A stretch of 64,000 nt of DNA. It comes from Neodothiora populina. Taxonomy: Eukaryota. The stretch covers positions 124,001 to 188,000 of the forward strand of contig NW_027191410.1 in assembly GCF_041146345.1 (NCBI RefSeq), read 5' to 3'. The position numbers and the translations under genes are program-made. A model generated the notes under the pieces. That model ran no database searches, was not told where the DNA came from, and worked only from the letters and a program-made list of their open reading frames with translations. Positions 1-12,574 of the stretch are shown in pieces; position 1 is the first letter of the stretch; every line of letters starts with the position of its first letter.

Positions 1-829
1 TGATAAGGTCGTGATAAGGTCTGGTCGCCTTGGTCGCTGGAGACGGCCAAATCGTGTTGGCCGAGATGACACTAAATCACAATGGGCAGGCCTATGCGGC
101 TTCTTGAGCTCTTATCAGCAGCGCTATCAGCTTCAAGACCTACCGTGTCGTACTTATACGGACGTGACCCGGCGGCCAATCCATTTGCGTTTCAGTCCTC
201 CATAGGCAAGCTGTTGTAGGCATACAATGCGAAGAGAAGTACAGGGATCATGTTCACTGTTGCGAATATGTTTTGTTTGCTCAATGTTTGTGGCGCAACT
301 TGTACGTACAGTATACGACTGATTTCGTTCCTTGAACTTGTACCTTGCGTGAAAGGTACCTTGGCACGGCTGCTTTACAGTATAAGTACTCCGCAGAAGC
401 TCGGCCCGAGTTGCGCCAAGGAATGCACGCGCTCTGGGGTCCGCCCCGCATGGTTTGGTTCGGGGTCGAGGCTGTCGCTGTACCTCGGCTCTTTCTGAGC
501 GGTCCCGACAATGGAAACACAAGCTCGCAGCACATGAATGAATCCTGAGCCGGAGGACCGAGGGTACTTGTAGTTCACAGCGTCTCACATAATTCCGTCA
601 AGCTGGATACGTAGAAGAGTATTTTTTTTAGTCATATTGACAAAGGTTCGCTGTTTTCCTGCATCTTGACCTGCTTCTGTCTTTTGGATTATTGTGATGT
701 TCGCTGCCAAAGGGCGCATTATTCGCACCCCACTACTCCGCCCGCACCTTCTTGTCAACAGTTCAAAGGCCAGTCTACTCTGCTCAATATGGACGATGGG
801 CGAACTGACCTAAGTAATAGACACTCGCG

Positions 830-2802
830 ATGGCCCCAACACGAAAACAGTCAACCCTTCCCGCAGGTGAGTCGTCAAAATATCATTTCACTACGACATA
901 TCCCAAGACTGGGTTCTAATGTCGAGTCAAGGCTATAAGGAGGATGCGTCGAAAGGTGCAATGCTTCGATTCGAGGACTCACTCCCTCGCTTGCCTGTCC
1001 CCACCCTAGAAGAGACGAGTAAACGTTATCTACGTTCAGTCCTTCCACTCCTGTCGAAAGAGGAATATGCTACGACTCAGAAGGCTGTAAAGTCATTCCT
1101 CGCCTCAGGTAGCCTGGGTCAAGAACTCCAAAAACGTCTGGAAGCGAAGCGTGAAGACAAGAACGTCAAGAACTGGATCTATGAGTGGTGGAATGAGGCT
1201 GCATATCTAGCATACCGCGATCCCGTTGTGCCTTACGTTTCATACTTTTATTCTCACAGAGATGACCGCAAGCGACGGGACCCTGCCAAACGAGCTGCTG
1301 CTATTACTACGTCTGTGCTGGACTTCAAGGCTCAGGTCGATCAAGGTTCCTTGGAACCCGAGTACATGAAGAAGCTGCCTATCGCTATGAGCTCATATGA
1401 GTTCATGTTCAACTGCTGCAGAATCCCTGCGAAGCCAGCTGACTACCCTAAGAAGTACGAACACAACACCCACAAACATATTGTGGTTGTGCGTAAGAAC
1501 CAGTTTTTCAAGATCGAGCACGAGGTTGCTGGCAAGCAACTCAACACTAGCGAGCTAGAGAAGCAATTCAGACGTGTCTACGAGATCGCCGAGAAGCAAC
1601 CCAGCGTCGGTATCTTGACCACAGAGAACAGAGATACCTGGACGGAGATGCGCGAGTCACTCATCAAGACAAACCCTGCCAACCAAACAGCTCTGGAGAC
1701 CATCGAATCAGCTTCCTTCGTGGTCTGCCTTGACGATGCTAAGCCGGTGACTCTTGAAGAACGTGCCCATCAGTACTGGCATGGTGATGGTAGCAACCGT
1801 TTCTTCGACAAGCCTTTGCAATTCATCGTCAACGATAACGGTACTTCCGGTTTCATGGGCGAGCACAGTATGATGGACGGAACTCCTACACACCGCTTGA
1901 ATGACTACGTCAACTATCTCATCTTCAACAACAAGCTAGACTATGACAACCCGTCAATCCGATCGAACCTTGCTGACCCCACCCCAATCCGCTTTGAGCT
2001 CTCGCCAGAGAATCTTGAAGACATCGATCGCGCCCAAGCCCACTTCACCAAGGTCATTGGCGAGCATGATCTTCGTGTGCAAGCATATCAAGGCTATGGC
2101 AAGGGTTTGATCAAGAAGTTCAAGTGCTCACCGGACGCATACGTGCAAATGATCATTCAGCTCGCCTATCACAAGTTCTATGGCAAGAACCGACCGACTT
2201 ATGAATCTGCTGCAACACGCAGATTCCAGCAAGGCAGAACGGAAACTTGTCGCAGTGTTAGCACTGAGAGTGTCGCATTCTGTGATGGCATGGCTGATCC
2301 CAACGTGTCCACTGAAGACTGCAGGGACCGTCTGTTGAAGGCAGTCCAAGCCCATGTCGAGTACATCACTGCAGCGTCTGACGGCAAGGGAGTGGATCGC
2401 CACCTTTTCGGATTGAAGAAGCTGATCAAAGAGGGCGAGGAGGTTCCCGAGCTCTTCAAGGATCCCACTTTCTCGTACTCGAGCAGCTGGTTCATCTCCT
2501 CGTCGCAACTGAGTTCCGAATACTTCAACGGTTATGGCTGGTCACAGGTCATTGATCCAGGTTGGGGGTAAGTTTATCATCCATTTTCTACTCTTGCCTT
2601 TGGTCGTGCGCACGTAAGGAGTATGTATAGCTGACTCAACACATGTAACAGAATCGCATACATGATCAATGAAAACAGCATCCAGTTCAACATCGTCAGC
2701 AAACACCTCGGCTGCGACCGCATGTCGTACTACCTCAACGAAGCTGCCGAGGACATGCGCAACCTCATGCAGCCTACGATTGTCGAGAAGGCTAAACTAT
2801 AG
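830..2802 (+). CDS. CAT2: Carnitine O-acetyltransferase with PTS1; possible longer mitochondrial isoform from ATG 697
   Basis: Exons 830-866, 932-2567 and 2652-2802 with GT..AG introns and CTAAT/CTGAC branch sites. Motifs LPRLPVPTL, NRFFDK, catalytic EHSMMDG and TYESAATRRFQQGRTE. C-terminus ...EKAKL* is a PTS1. Confidence 0.95.
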
Positions 2803-3282
2803 AAGGGCACCCGCGCCTTGGATAGACGTCGGCAGCGACACAGATATAACGACCGATGCAGCAATCAGATAGCGCAGTAAATAGTGTGAGACAGCAGAAT
2901 ACAAGATCAAGAGTCGACGCTCTTCAAGGAGATAGACATGATTTCATAGAGCCCCGGAATTGTAAGAAAGAGACGCAATGTCCGAATGTAAAAGCTTGTT
3001 CTCTGGTTTGGCTGTCGCCCCGCATATGCGACCATAGCGAATCTTACCTTATAACGAAGAGTATTCTCGTGCCCGTGATAATTGCAAAGTGACGTAGAGT
3101 GTATAGAAGTACTACCTTCTGTTTTGGCGCTAAAGTTGCGACGTATCTGGCGGCGGAGATGGAGCTTCACCTCCGGACGAATCAGGGTCCAGATCTATTC
3201 GAATCATGACTTTCCCTTCGGGCAATATAAACCACATAAGGTACATAACATCCTACAATCACAGTTCATTCTGGCCACAAAC

Positions 3283-5190
3283 ATGATGAGGGAACGGATA
3301 TGGAGCACGACCCGCCTATTGGCAAATAATACCAGACTCCAACCAACACAACGAGCACTGAGGTGTCCCGGCGCGAAAAGATGGACGACGACTTCGTCTT
3401 CGTCCTCGACCACCTCGGCCTCTACAACAAGACAATGGTCCACGCCACTAGCTAAGAACCTAGGAGAAGCCATCACAGTAAGCTACCGAATCCAACCCCT
3501 TACTTCAGCAAGACACACTCACCTAACGCAACTGTCATCAGACGACCGGCCCAATCCCCGTGGCGACGTATATGCGACAATGCCTGACGTCAATGGACGG
3601 CGGGTACTACACCTCTGCGCCCGAGGGACGCGATCAATTCGGCCAGAAAGGCGACTTCGTCACGTCGCCTGAGATCTCGCAGGTCTTTGGCGAACTTATT
3701 GGACTGTGGGTCGTCGCGGAGTGGATTGCGCAGGGCAGGAAGAGCGAGGGTGTGTATCTTATGGAGATGGGTCCTGGGAGAGGGACTTTGATGGATGATA
3801 TGCTTAGGGTGCTATTTCCTGTTTATTGTTTTTTATGCGGCAATGTTGCGGTGGAAAGCTGACAGACGAGACAGACGATCCGCAATTTCAAGCCGCTCGC
3901 TCAGGCTATACAAGGCATTTATCTTGTGGAAGCGAGTCCTTCACTCCGTCAGAGGCAGCATAAGCTTCTTTGTGGAGATAACCCTCTTGAGGAGATTGAG
4001 ATTGGCTACAGTAGTACAAGCAAACACTCTCCGGATCTAAAAGTCATCTGGTGCGAGGACATACGTTTTGTTCCGCGAGGTATGCCTGCACTTTCCGAGA
4101 TCACCATTGATCTTCGCTGCTGATATGCCATCCAGACGCCAACAGCACGCCGTTTATCTTTGCGCATGAGTTCTTCGATGCCCTCCCGATCCATGTCTTT
4201 GAGTCAGTGCCTCCAGCACCCCAACAGCAGCCGACGGAGATCCAAACACGCACAGGCAAACACTCTCTCCATCCACGTGCATCCTCAGCATCAAAAGAAA
4301 GCCAATGGCGCGAACTCGTCGTCTCGCCGACTCCTCCCTTTTCTACCCATCAGACGCTGGGAACGCCGAAATCGCAACAGGACCAGCCAGTACCCGACTT
4401 CCAACTCACGCGAGCCAAAGCGTCAACGCCACATTCTTTGTATCTACCAGAAACATCGAACAGATACAAAGCGCTCAAAACCACACCGGGAGCAGTCATC
4501 GAGATATCGCCCGAGAGTCTGTCGTATGCAGCTGAGTTCGGAGTGCGGATAGGAGGAGGCGAGAGTCCCGTGGCATCGGCGCTATACACGGCTGCAAAAG
4601 AGAACCAAGACATCTCCACCATATTTCATGCGTCCACGACACCCTCACAAGCACCCAAAGCCATCGAGAAACAGACGCCTTCAGGAGCAGCTCTGATCCT
4701 GGACTACGGCACCCCTGCCTCGATCCCAACAAACTCACTGCGCGGCATCAAGGCCCACCGCATCGTGTCTCCACTTCACGAACCGGGCCGCGTTGACCTC
4801 AGCGCAGACGTCGACTTCATAGCTCTGGCCGAGGCCGCACTCAATGCTTCTCCCGGCGTCGAGGTCCATGGTCCTGTCGACCAAGCGAGGTTTCTCACCG
4901 CCATGGGTATTCAGGAGCGCGTGGCTCAGCTGGTCAAGGTCGCTATCGAGCGGTCTAAAGGCGGGTTGCCGGGCGCAACAAGTGTAGATGCAGGAGCAGT
5001 AGCCGGAGGCAAGGAGGAGTTGACCCAGGTGGTGAAGAGAATCGAGGGTGCCTGGAAGAGGTTGGTCGATGTTGGTCCTCAGGGCATGGGCAAGTTGTAT
5101 CAGGTCATGGCGATCCTGCCCCACAAGCCCTTAAGCAGCGGTCAACAACCCCGACGACCGGTGGGATTCGGAGGCGATGTACAGATATAG
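3283..5190 (+). CDS. NDUFAF7: Mitochondrial SAM-dependent protein arginine methyltransferase (NDUFAF7/MidA family)
   Basis: Spliced ORF fragments contain [53 protein letters not shown] and [12 protein letters not shown]. The N-terminus is Arg/Ser/Thr-rich and presequence-like. Confidence 0.92.
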
Positions 5191-5265
5191 AGACGATGAT
5201 CCTACCGAGAAAGTGTTTAACTCTGTGCTCCATCTCGGTGTTCGAGGACAGCTAGCCAAACAGCA

Positions 5266-6097
5266 CTAGTACAAAAACAACCTATCTTTGGCGTCTTGCA
5301 CTACCCATTGGAGGCCTTCTTGAAGGTTGTGACCAGTCATTGCACTGCATGTCATGATAGTCCACGTATGGGTATGAATGTCATCGAGTCGCAAGGCCTG
5401 TTTCATAAATTGTCAAGATTGTGAACATGCAGATGCTGTCGAGAGGACGTCAAACCTCGCGGATCTCGGCTTCATTCATGCAGCCTGGGACATCACTCTT
5501 GTTCTTGAAAACCAGCAGACTCGCACCCGTCAACCGCTTGACCCTACGTTAGCGCTGGCCAGACTTTGTCATAAAACATTCTGTGCATACCTCTTGCAGC
5601 AGCAGGCTTGCGAGCTCTTGTCGGCAGTCATCCATGCGCTCTCTATCGGTGGAATCGACAACCCAAATCAAGGTATCTGTCTTTTCGAAGTAGTTTTTCC
5701 AGTATGTCCTCAGTGTCTTCTGACCACCAACATCCCCTGCAGTGGTTATGTTTCAGTGAGCCGCCCCTGCATAGCTATAGCACATAGCAGTCGCACTCAC
5801 AGATGTTGAGCTTGTAGCTTGTTCACAATTATGTCAGTCGAGACCCCTGCAATGCAAGTTCATGGGGCTCACCCATCATATTCAATGGTCTTGATAATAA
5901 AACCAAGCGTCGGAGACACACTGTGGATGTCCTCGCCCATGATGCTCTTCACTATGGATGTCTTGCCGCTGTTGTCAAGCCCACTGTGATACGTGAGTAA
6001 GTCAACTTTGCTTATGCGGTCGTCGGCAATCACCATACAGCATGAGGATGCGCATCTCCTTGTCCTTCAGTCGGGCTTTACGCAGAATCGACAGCAT
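5266..6097 (-). CDS. ARL2: ADP-ribosylation factor-like GTPase 2 (Arl2/Alp41/Cin4), 6 exons; absent from the ORF track
   Basis: Manual splicing gives [29 protein letters not shown]...[18 protein letters not shown]...NKSD...CSAMTG...LFLY*. It has the P-loop, G3 and G4 motifs and a 17-nt microexon at 5801-5817. Confidence 0.93.
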
Positions 6098-6546
6098 CTT
6101 GGCTACTTGACTTTATTTCGGATAAGAGAAGTAATCCTACGATTGAAGGTGAAAGTAGATCTAATTTATATAGTCATGTGGTCTGTGCTAATCGCAGGCA
6201 TACTGGGTCGTTGCTTCTCTAGACATAAGAGCAAAGACGGATGCAGCATGTCAAGCATCCGCTGCTGTCGTACAGTGAGCCGTCCGTCAGGTCTCCAATC
6301 TCACTTATTGATTCACCGAAGGTATGGTACAGTAAGGCAAGGCAAGGCACTAAGGTTCTCGCGCGAGTGAGTGCGGAGATCTTATCTTATCTCGGGACAT
6401 AGGGTCCAGGGTCCTTTGATTGGAGTCCGCCTCAGCCCGCTGCCGCCGCCGAGATTGTTTCAACAATTAATGATGACCATTTACTCCATCTGCATTTGTT
6501 GACCTTGAGGTTTTCTTCTCTTTGCTCATACATTAACCACAGAATC

Positions 6547-7847
6547 ATGGCGACAATACGACCAGCCTCGCGGCGATTACTCTCCTCTCACAATGAGATC
6601 CGCCGCTCACTCCGGCCCTGCTCAATATACCAAACCCGCTCCCTCGCCACTGCCGTCGCCGATACGCCACCAGCGAATGCCACGAAAACCAGAGCCCGTC
6701 CGAGCACCTCATTCAGCGACCGTCTGAACACCGGTCCTGCTCTCGGAGACTTCGTCGGTGCACCCGAACCTCCTCTTCCCGTCCATGAGGCACTAGAGCT
6801 CAAGACGGCAATGGTTGGACCGGCCGGGAAAAAGAAGCCATACACTCGTCTCCCCGAATGGCTCAAGACACCCGTGCCCATCGGCGACAACTTCAAGAAA
6901 ATCAAGAATGATCTTCGAGGCCTCAATCTACACACTGTGTGCGAGGAGGCGCGGTGTCCCAACATCTCGGATTGCTGGGGTGGTAGCGACAAATCTGCAG
7001 CCACGGCTACTATCATGCTTATGGGAGACACATGCACTCGAGGCTGCAGATTCTGCAGTGTCAAAACCTCGCGGGCCCCTCCACCGCTGGACCCACACGA
7101 GCCCGAAAACACCGCAGAAGCCCTCAGTCGATGGGGTCTCGGATACGTCGTGCTCACCTCAGTCGACCGTGATGACCTGGCAGACGGCGGCGCTAGACAC
7201 TTTGCAAGCACGATTATGAAGATCAAGCAGAAAGCCCCCACTATGCTGGTCGAGGCCCTGACGGGAGACTACGCGGGTGACCTTGACATGGTGCGCATGG
7301 TGGCCACGAGTGGACTGGACGTGTACGCACACAACATGGAGACGGTGGAAGAGCTCACGCCGTTCGTGCGCGACCGCAGAGCAAAGTTCAGACAGAGTCT
7401 CGAGGTCTTGAATGCTGCGAAACAGGCCAAGGAGGGTCTGATCACCAAGACCAGTTTGATGTTGGGTCTTGGCGAGACCGAGGAGCAGCTTTGGGCTACA
7501 TTGAAGGGTATGTCGACATTCGTTCTTCGTGAATCTCGTTCGCAACGTGCTGACAAAACACAGAACTCCGCAAGGTCGACGTCGATGTCGTGACCTTTGG
7601 CCAGTACATGCGCCCGACCAAGCGCCACATGAAGGTCGAAGAGTACGTGACCCCGGAGACATTCGAGCTCTGGAGACAGCGTGCCCTGGACATGGGATTC
7701 CTGTACTGTGCCAGCGGCCCTCTCGTCCGCAGTTCCTACAAGGCCGGCGAGGCTTTCATCGAGAACGTGCTCAAGAAGCGCGCCAGGAAAAATCAATTAG
7801 CCATGGCCGACCAGGCGGGCGACTTCAAGGTCGAGAACCTGCATTAA
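6547..7847 (+). CDS. LIP5: Mitochondrial lipoyl synthase (radical SAM)
   Basis: [12 protein letters not shown] and CTRGCRFC cluster motifs and C-terminal GPLVRSSY. One intron at about 7508-7563. Confidence 0.96.
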
Positions 7848-8636
7848 GCGGCGCTTGTGTTTTCTGTGCTTTTTGTTTTGCGCGAACAACCATGTCATCA
7901 ACCGACAAATAGCATGTATTGTGTACCATATGAGCAGACGACGAATCTGGAGATTGGGGGGGAATGGGACGAGGGTTTGATTTTTTATTTACTTTCCCCG
8001 GGCGTTCCTCAGATATCAACTTGCGCTGGGAGCATTTTCACCGCTGGGGCAAAGAGTAGGTACGATTAGGGTACAAACAGTACGAGTTTCACTTAGGAAC
8101 AATGAGACGTTCTGTCTTCTCATCTAGAGTGCTTCGAAACGACAACACATGTATGCCTTGACTAGTCCTCACTGTTAGTACGTGTAGCCGTATAATTGTG
8201 CTGCTGATGATACCCTGCTGTATCTGCAACCTCGGAGTAACTACCTTACCTAGGTACCTAGTTGATTTCCACTAATTGGCGAGTTCCACAAATGGTCCAA
8301 GAATAGACGCGTTGTCCGGCGCGCGCCCGCCTCGGCATGACGTGGGGCTTTTCACTGGTTCAGAGTCCACACATGCATACATACGATCGATGGGATGCGG
8401 TAACATACTGCTTAGGTAAACAATTGTTGTTTCGACTGCTGTACCTGCACTGCTGATTGTATGCTCCTCCGAACAGCGTCGTCGTCGTAGTAGACAAAGA
8501 GTGCGCCGTAATACGGTAGGCGCGCCTGCAAAGTCATTTGTCTCATACCTCAGCCGTGTCCATCTAATCATCCACCTCGGGTGTCCACGATGAAGTGAAG
8601 TGAAGTGAGGGAAGCAGCTCGAGCGCAGAGAACGCC

Positions 8637-9624
8637 ATGATAGACGCTTCAGCCCGGCTACGACGGGCCATCCTCCTCAACGATGTCTTGATCGTCAAGC
8701 GCATAGTGCAGTCGCATCCCAAGCTGCTTCAGAATCCAGACTACCAGGACAAGAGCAACACCAGCCTTCACATTGCTGCGCAGGCGGGCTTTGAAGAAAT
8801 TGTGGTCAGTCCTTGTCATTGTCGAGTCGTGCGCATATCATGACTGAAGTAGTGTGATAGCTGACATGCACGCTGCAGCAATTTCTCTTCGATGCTGGCC
8901 ACGATGCCGAGGAGATTTCATTGAATGTGGACTGGGACACGCCTCTGATGGTAGCTTGTCGACACGGTCAGGTCGAAATCGGCAGAATGCTGATCAAGCG
9001 CTTCCCGAGATGTATCCCTTGGACAAACAAGAAAGGCCTCGATGCCGTAAGTCGTTGTCAGGCGCAGTGTTCTCTCACGAGAGCAACCACTGATCTCTTC
9101 GGCGCTTATAGATCTCAATGTCATGCCTGCACCCGTCGTCTACAGAACTCATTCCTCTGCTACTATCGCACCCCACCTACCCTGCTTCGGTACAGAGTCG
9201 AGACAACAAAGGCGACACACCACTACATCACGCGTCCGCTGCAGGGTCACTAAAGGCACTGCGAGTCTTACTGTCTGCTGGAGCGGACCCATTGGCGAAG
9301 AACTCTTACGATTGGACCCCGCTAGCCTACAGCCAGACGGTCGCGGCCGAGGTATACTTCAAGAACCTTGTCATGGAACTCGAGCGCAGGAAGATCGATG
9401 GTGTACGAGGCGAAAGAGAGAGAAGAGAAGAACAACAGAGACGAAAGGGCGCTGGCGTCAGACTCGTCACTGGTGACGATGATGGTATTGCTGTTAGACC
9501 GTCTGCAGAGTACGAGTGGAGCCCCACCACGGTTCGGGGGTCTTATACTCCTAATCTCGGCGGAAGCTCTGCCTGGTCAGAACTGGCAGGCATCACGAGA
9601 GCGAGGGCGTTGAGTGGAGATTAA
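8637..9624 (+). CDS. Ankyrin-repeat protein, AVO2-like (TORC2 subunit candidate)
   Basis: Three exons with ankyrin motifs NTSLHIAA, DTPLMVAC and GDTPLHHAS. The AVO2 assignment rests on recalled similarity only. Confidence 0.8.
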
Positions 9625-10306
9625 TGAGGATATGCGATTGAAGAAAGGGAAAAAGCACATTGTAATTTAGCATATGAATCCGACGATTGTATGAGGTGTA
9701 TGCGCTTGACTTTGCTCCGCTGACTGTTTTGTGCTATCTTGAAGCTATTCTGCGCTACATTTCTGGCCTTGATGTATGGACTACAGCCGACTCATGCATA
9801 GCAGCATACCGTATTGCCTCCACTGTTTGTCTTGCCTTGGAATCGCTGGTCTACCACAGGCCGTTGAACAATACCTGAATGAGCTGCACACGTGGATAAG
9901 GTTCGTTTACTCCAATGGCCGAGTCAGTATCTTACAGTATCCCGCCGGAAGGACGATATTGGTGTATTCAGAACGACCGGTCAAAGAGGGTCAACAAAGC
10001 GATAGCGGCACGGCCGCCGGGTGCTTGCTGGAAATGTGCGAGAAGGGGGTCCAACCACATCCCCACAGATCTGATCTGATTTGATAATGTTCTCCGCAAG
10101 TTCACTCTCCAAAATCAAACGCCACCGGATATAAAGACGGAAAAGCACCGACATCGCCGCGGTCAGACGCCCGCATGATTGAGTTTCCTTCTCATATGCC
10201 TGGGTGAATCGTATGACCTAAAAAAGGTTCTAGAAAGTCGGTTGCTTGAGTAAAATCATACAAAATAATTTCTGACAGTATTAAGTGTGGTTTCTGGGGG
10301 AGTGAG

Positions 10307-10313
10307 TGACTCA
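10307..10313. promoter_or_regulatory. Gcn4/CpcA (AP-1 type) site TGACTCA upstream of PDX1
   Basis: Exact TGACTCA about 170 bp upstream of the PDX1 ATG. Yeast SNZ1 is a known Gcn4 target. Confidence 0.45.
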
Positions 10314-10480
10314 TTGAGTTTTTGTGCCATCAACACATGAATCATCTCTTCCTTTCTCTCTGATCATTATTATTTCGCGTCTGTCATTTCTTTCCCTCGA
10401 CAACCAATAACCCGCTTTTACTCCAAACCTCGTGTTCAGTCGAGCATATAAGCAATTAGTTGTACAGCACATATCCCACA

Positions 10481-11508
10481 ATGGCCACCCAACTCCCCAC
10501 CACCAACGGCAAACACGACACCAATGGCCACGATGCCACCTCATTCGCAGTCAAGGCTGGCCTTGCACGCATGCTCAAGGGTGGAGTCATCATGGATGTT
10601 GTAAACGCAGAGCAAGTATGACTTATGCCATTTGCCCCTCCATCCAAAATCTTCAGATTGATATATCATTGTGGACTTTCAACATGTGAACAAAGTTACT
10701 AAGTCTACTTCAGGCTCGCATCGCCGAAGAAGCTGGTGCATGCGCCGTCATGGCACTGGAGCGCGTACCTGCAGACATTCGCAAAGACGGCGGTGTAGCT
10801 CGCATGTCCGACCCGCAGATGATCAAGGAAATCATGGCTACCGTCACCATCCCCGTCATGGCCAAAGCCCGCATCGGTCACATTGTCGAGTGCCAGATCC
10901 TCGAAGCAATAGGCGTGGACTACATTGACGAGAGCGAGGTGCTGACGCCCGCGGACCCCATCTACCACGTCGAGAAAGGCCCCTTCAAGGTGCCTTTCGT
11001 CTGCGGATGCCGGAACCTGGGCGAGGCCCTGCGCAGAGTCGCCGAGGGTGCTGCCATGATCAGAACAAAGGGCGAAGCCGGTACGGGAGACGTCATCGAG
11101 GCCGTCCGACACATGCAGGCCGTCAACCAAGACATCGCGCGCGCCAAGAATATGTCCGAGCCCGAACTCCGGGCCTACGCACGTGAGATCGGCGTGCAGT
11201 ACGAATTGCTCAAGGAGACGGCCAAATTGGGACGTCTGCCCGTCGTCAACTTCGCCGCCGGTGGTATAGCCACCCCAGCAGACGCTGCGCTCATGATGCA
11301 GATGGGCTGTGATGGTGTCTTTGTCGGCTCTGGCATCTTCAAGTCCGGCGACCCGGCCAAGAGGGCCAAGGCCATTGTCCAGGCCACCACTCACTTCAGA
11401 GATGCCAAGGTGCTGGCCGAGGTCAGTCAGGGCCTTGGCGAGGCTATTGTCGGTATCAACTGCGGTAGCATGGGCGAGGGTGAGAAGATGCAGGGCAGAG
11501 GTTGGTAA
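10481..11508 (+). CDS. PDX1: Pyridoxal 5'-phosphate synthase subunit (PDX1/SNZ1/pyroA)
   Basis: [55 protein letters not shown] and C-terminal RGW. One intron at about 10616-10713. Confidence 0.97.
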
Positions 11509-12574
11509 AGTAATTCTACTCCCAATGAGAGGGCTTCCTTGCCAAAACCAACGTGACTTCTGCGAGACGAACAATGTTTGTAATTTGTTCTCCTCGCGGC
11601 ACTTTATTGTTGAAATACAGAAAACACATGCACCGTGCTGGCGTTGGAGACGGACGGCGGTCTACTAAATCGAGCAGACACGACCTAAAAAATGGACACT
11701 TTGTTCTTTCTTCCTTCCCTATCCTTCTGCATATTGTGAAGACTCGTCGAATAGACCTGCAAAAGTGATGATGCACAATTGCGGATCGACGGCTGATAAC
11801 GATAAGGATGAGCCAATGATGGGCTACAAAGAACAAGAAGGTTGTTCAGGAGAAAAAAACATCATATACTACCTTACCATACCGTCTGTTTGAGCGGACA
11901 TGTGTGTAAGGTCGGAGATGAAGAGGACGATCTGGTGCAAACGGACAATGCCCCATAGGTTATTATATTCACTACTGGTCGAAATGGCTGTTCTTATGAA
12001 AGTGACTATAAGCTTGCACGAAGACTTGCAATTCAGACATGGCCGACTTGTTCCTCTTGCCCCTCGCATGGCGACAAAGAACACACCACAACTCGAAATG
12101 TGTTTCGTGTAATTGCGTCCGGTCCTTACCATTAAGGTTATTTCCATATAGTACCTGCATGCTTCGTGCGGTCAGAACGACAGATGCAATCGTTGTCGAA
12201 TTTCTCAATCACTTGATTTACCGCTGGTCGTCTCTTGAGCCGACAAATCGTAAGCTTATCATCATCAGAATGAGTGCCCCATATCACACATCCTAACAAT
12301 GTTGCCTCGCTGATAAATATTATTGTGCTCGAAGTGGATTAATTGATTGCTCAAATGTACCTGCATCTTTGGCGCCAGCTCCGATTCCGCACTCCAGACT
12401 TCGGATGCTTGGCGAAGAGGCAAAGTGACTAATGCAGTAAGAGAACCATCGAGTTTTATATACCCAATTACAGTCCCAGTAAAAGTAGGCTGGCTCTTAC
12501 ATCGCGACCGCGCATAATTTTCAGCACGCAAATCAGCAATTCCAATTAGACTACTAGAGAGGTAAAGAACAAGC

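Noticed and set aside
1..660. Short ORFs and a TGATAAGGTC duplication at the window start
   Set aside because: No coding signature. This is most likely promoter DNA of CAT2 or a neighbouring gene, and the repeat is too short to interpret.
8591..8610. (TGAAG)n and nearby short simple repeats, also (AAGGC)n at about 6333
   Set aside because: Ordinary microsatellite-type UTR or promoter sequence.
10170..10430. Possible fourth, highly decayed 22-bp array upstream of PDX1 (similar impression at about 21520-21900)
   Set aside because: TCA/TGA spacing is irregular (9, 20, 22 bp) and I could not align units to the consensus by eye.
9625..10480. Divergent PDX2/SNO glutaminase partner next to PDX1, as in yeast SNZ/SNO pairs
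   Set aside because: No ORF with glutaminase motifs on either strand in this interval.
10705..11574. Long antisense ORFs, e.g. 289 aa opposite PDX1, 256 aa opposite DLD2, 274 aa opposite the bHLH gene and 228 aa opposite SOF1
   Set aside because: These are shadow ORFs caused by codon bias of the real genes on the opposite strand and show no recognisable motifs.
11766..11830. C/D-box snoRNA candidate (GTGATGA...CTGA)
   Set aside because: The boxes are too close together, with no terminal stem and no recognisable rRNA-complementary guide.
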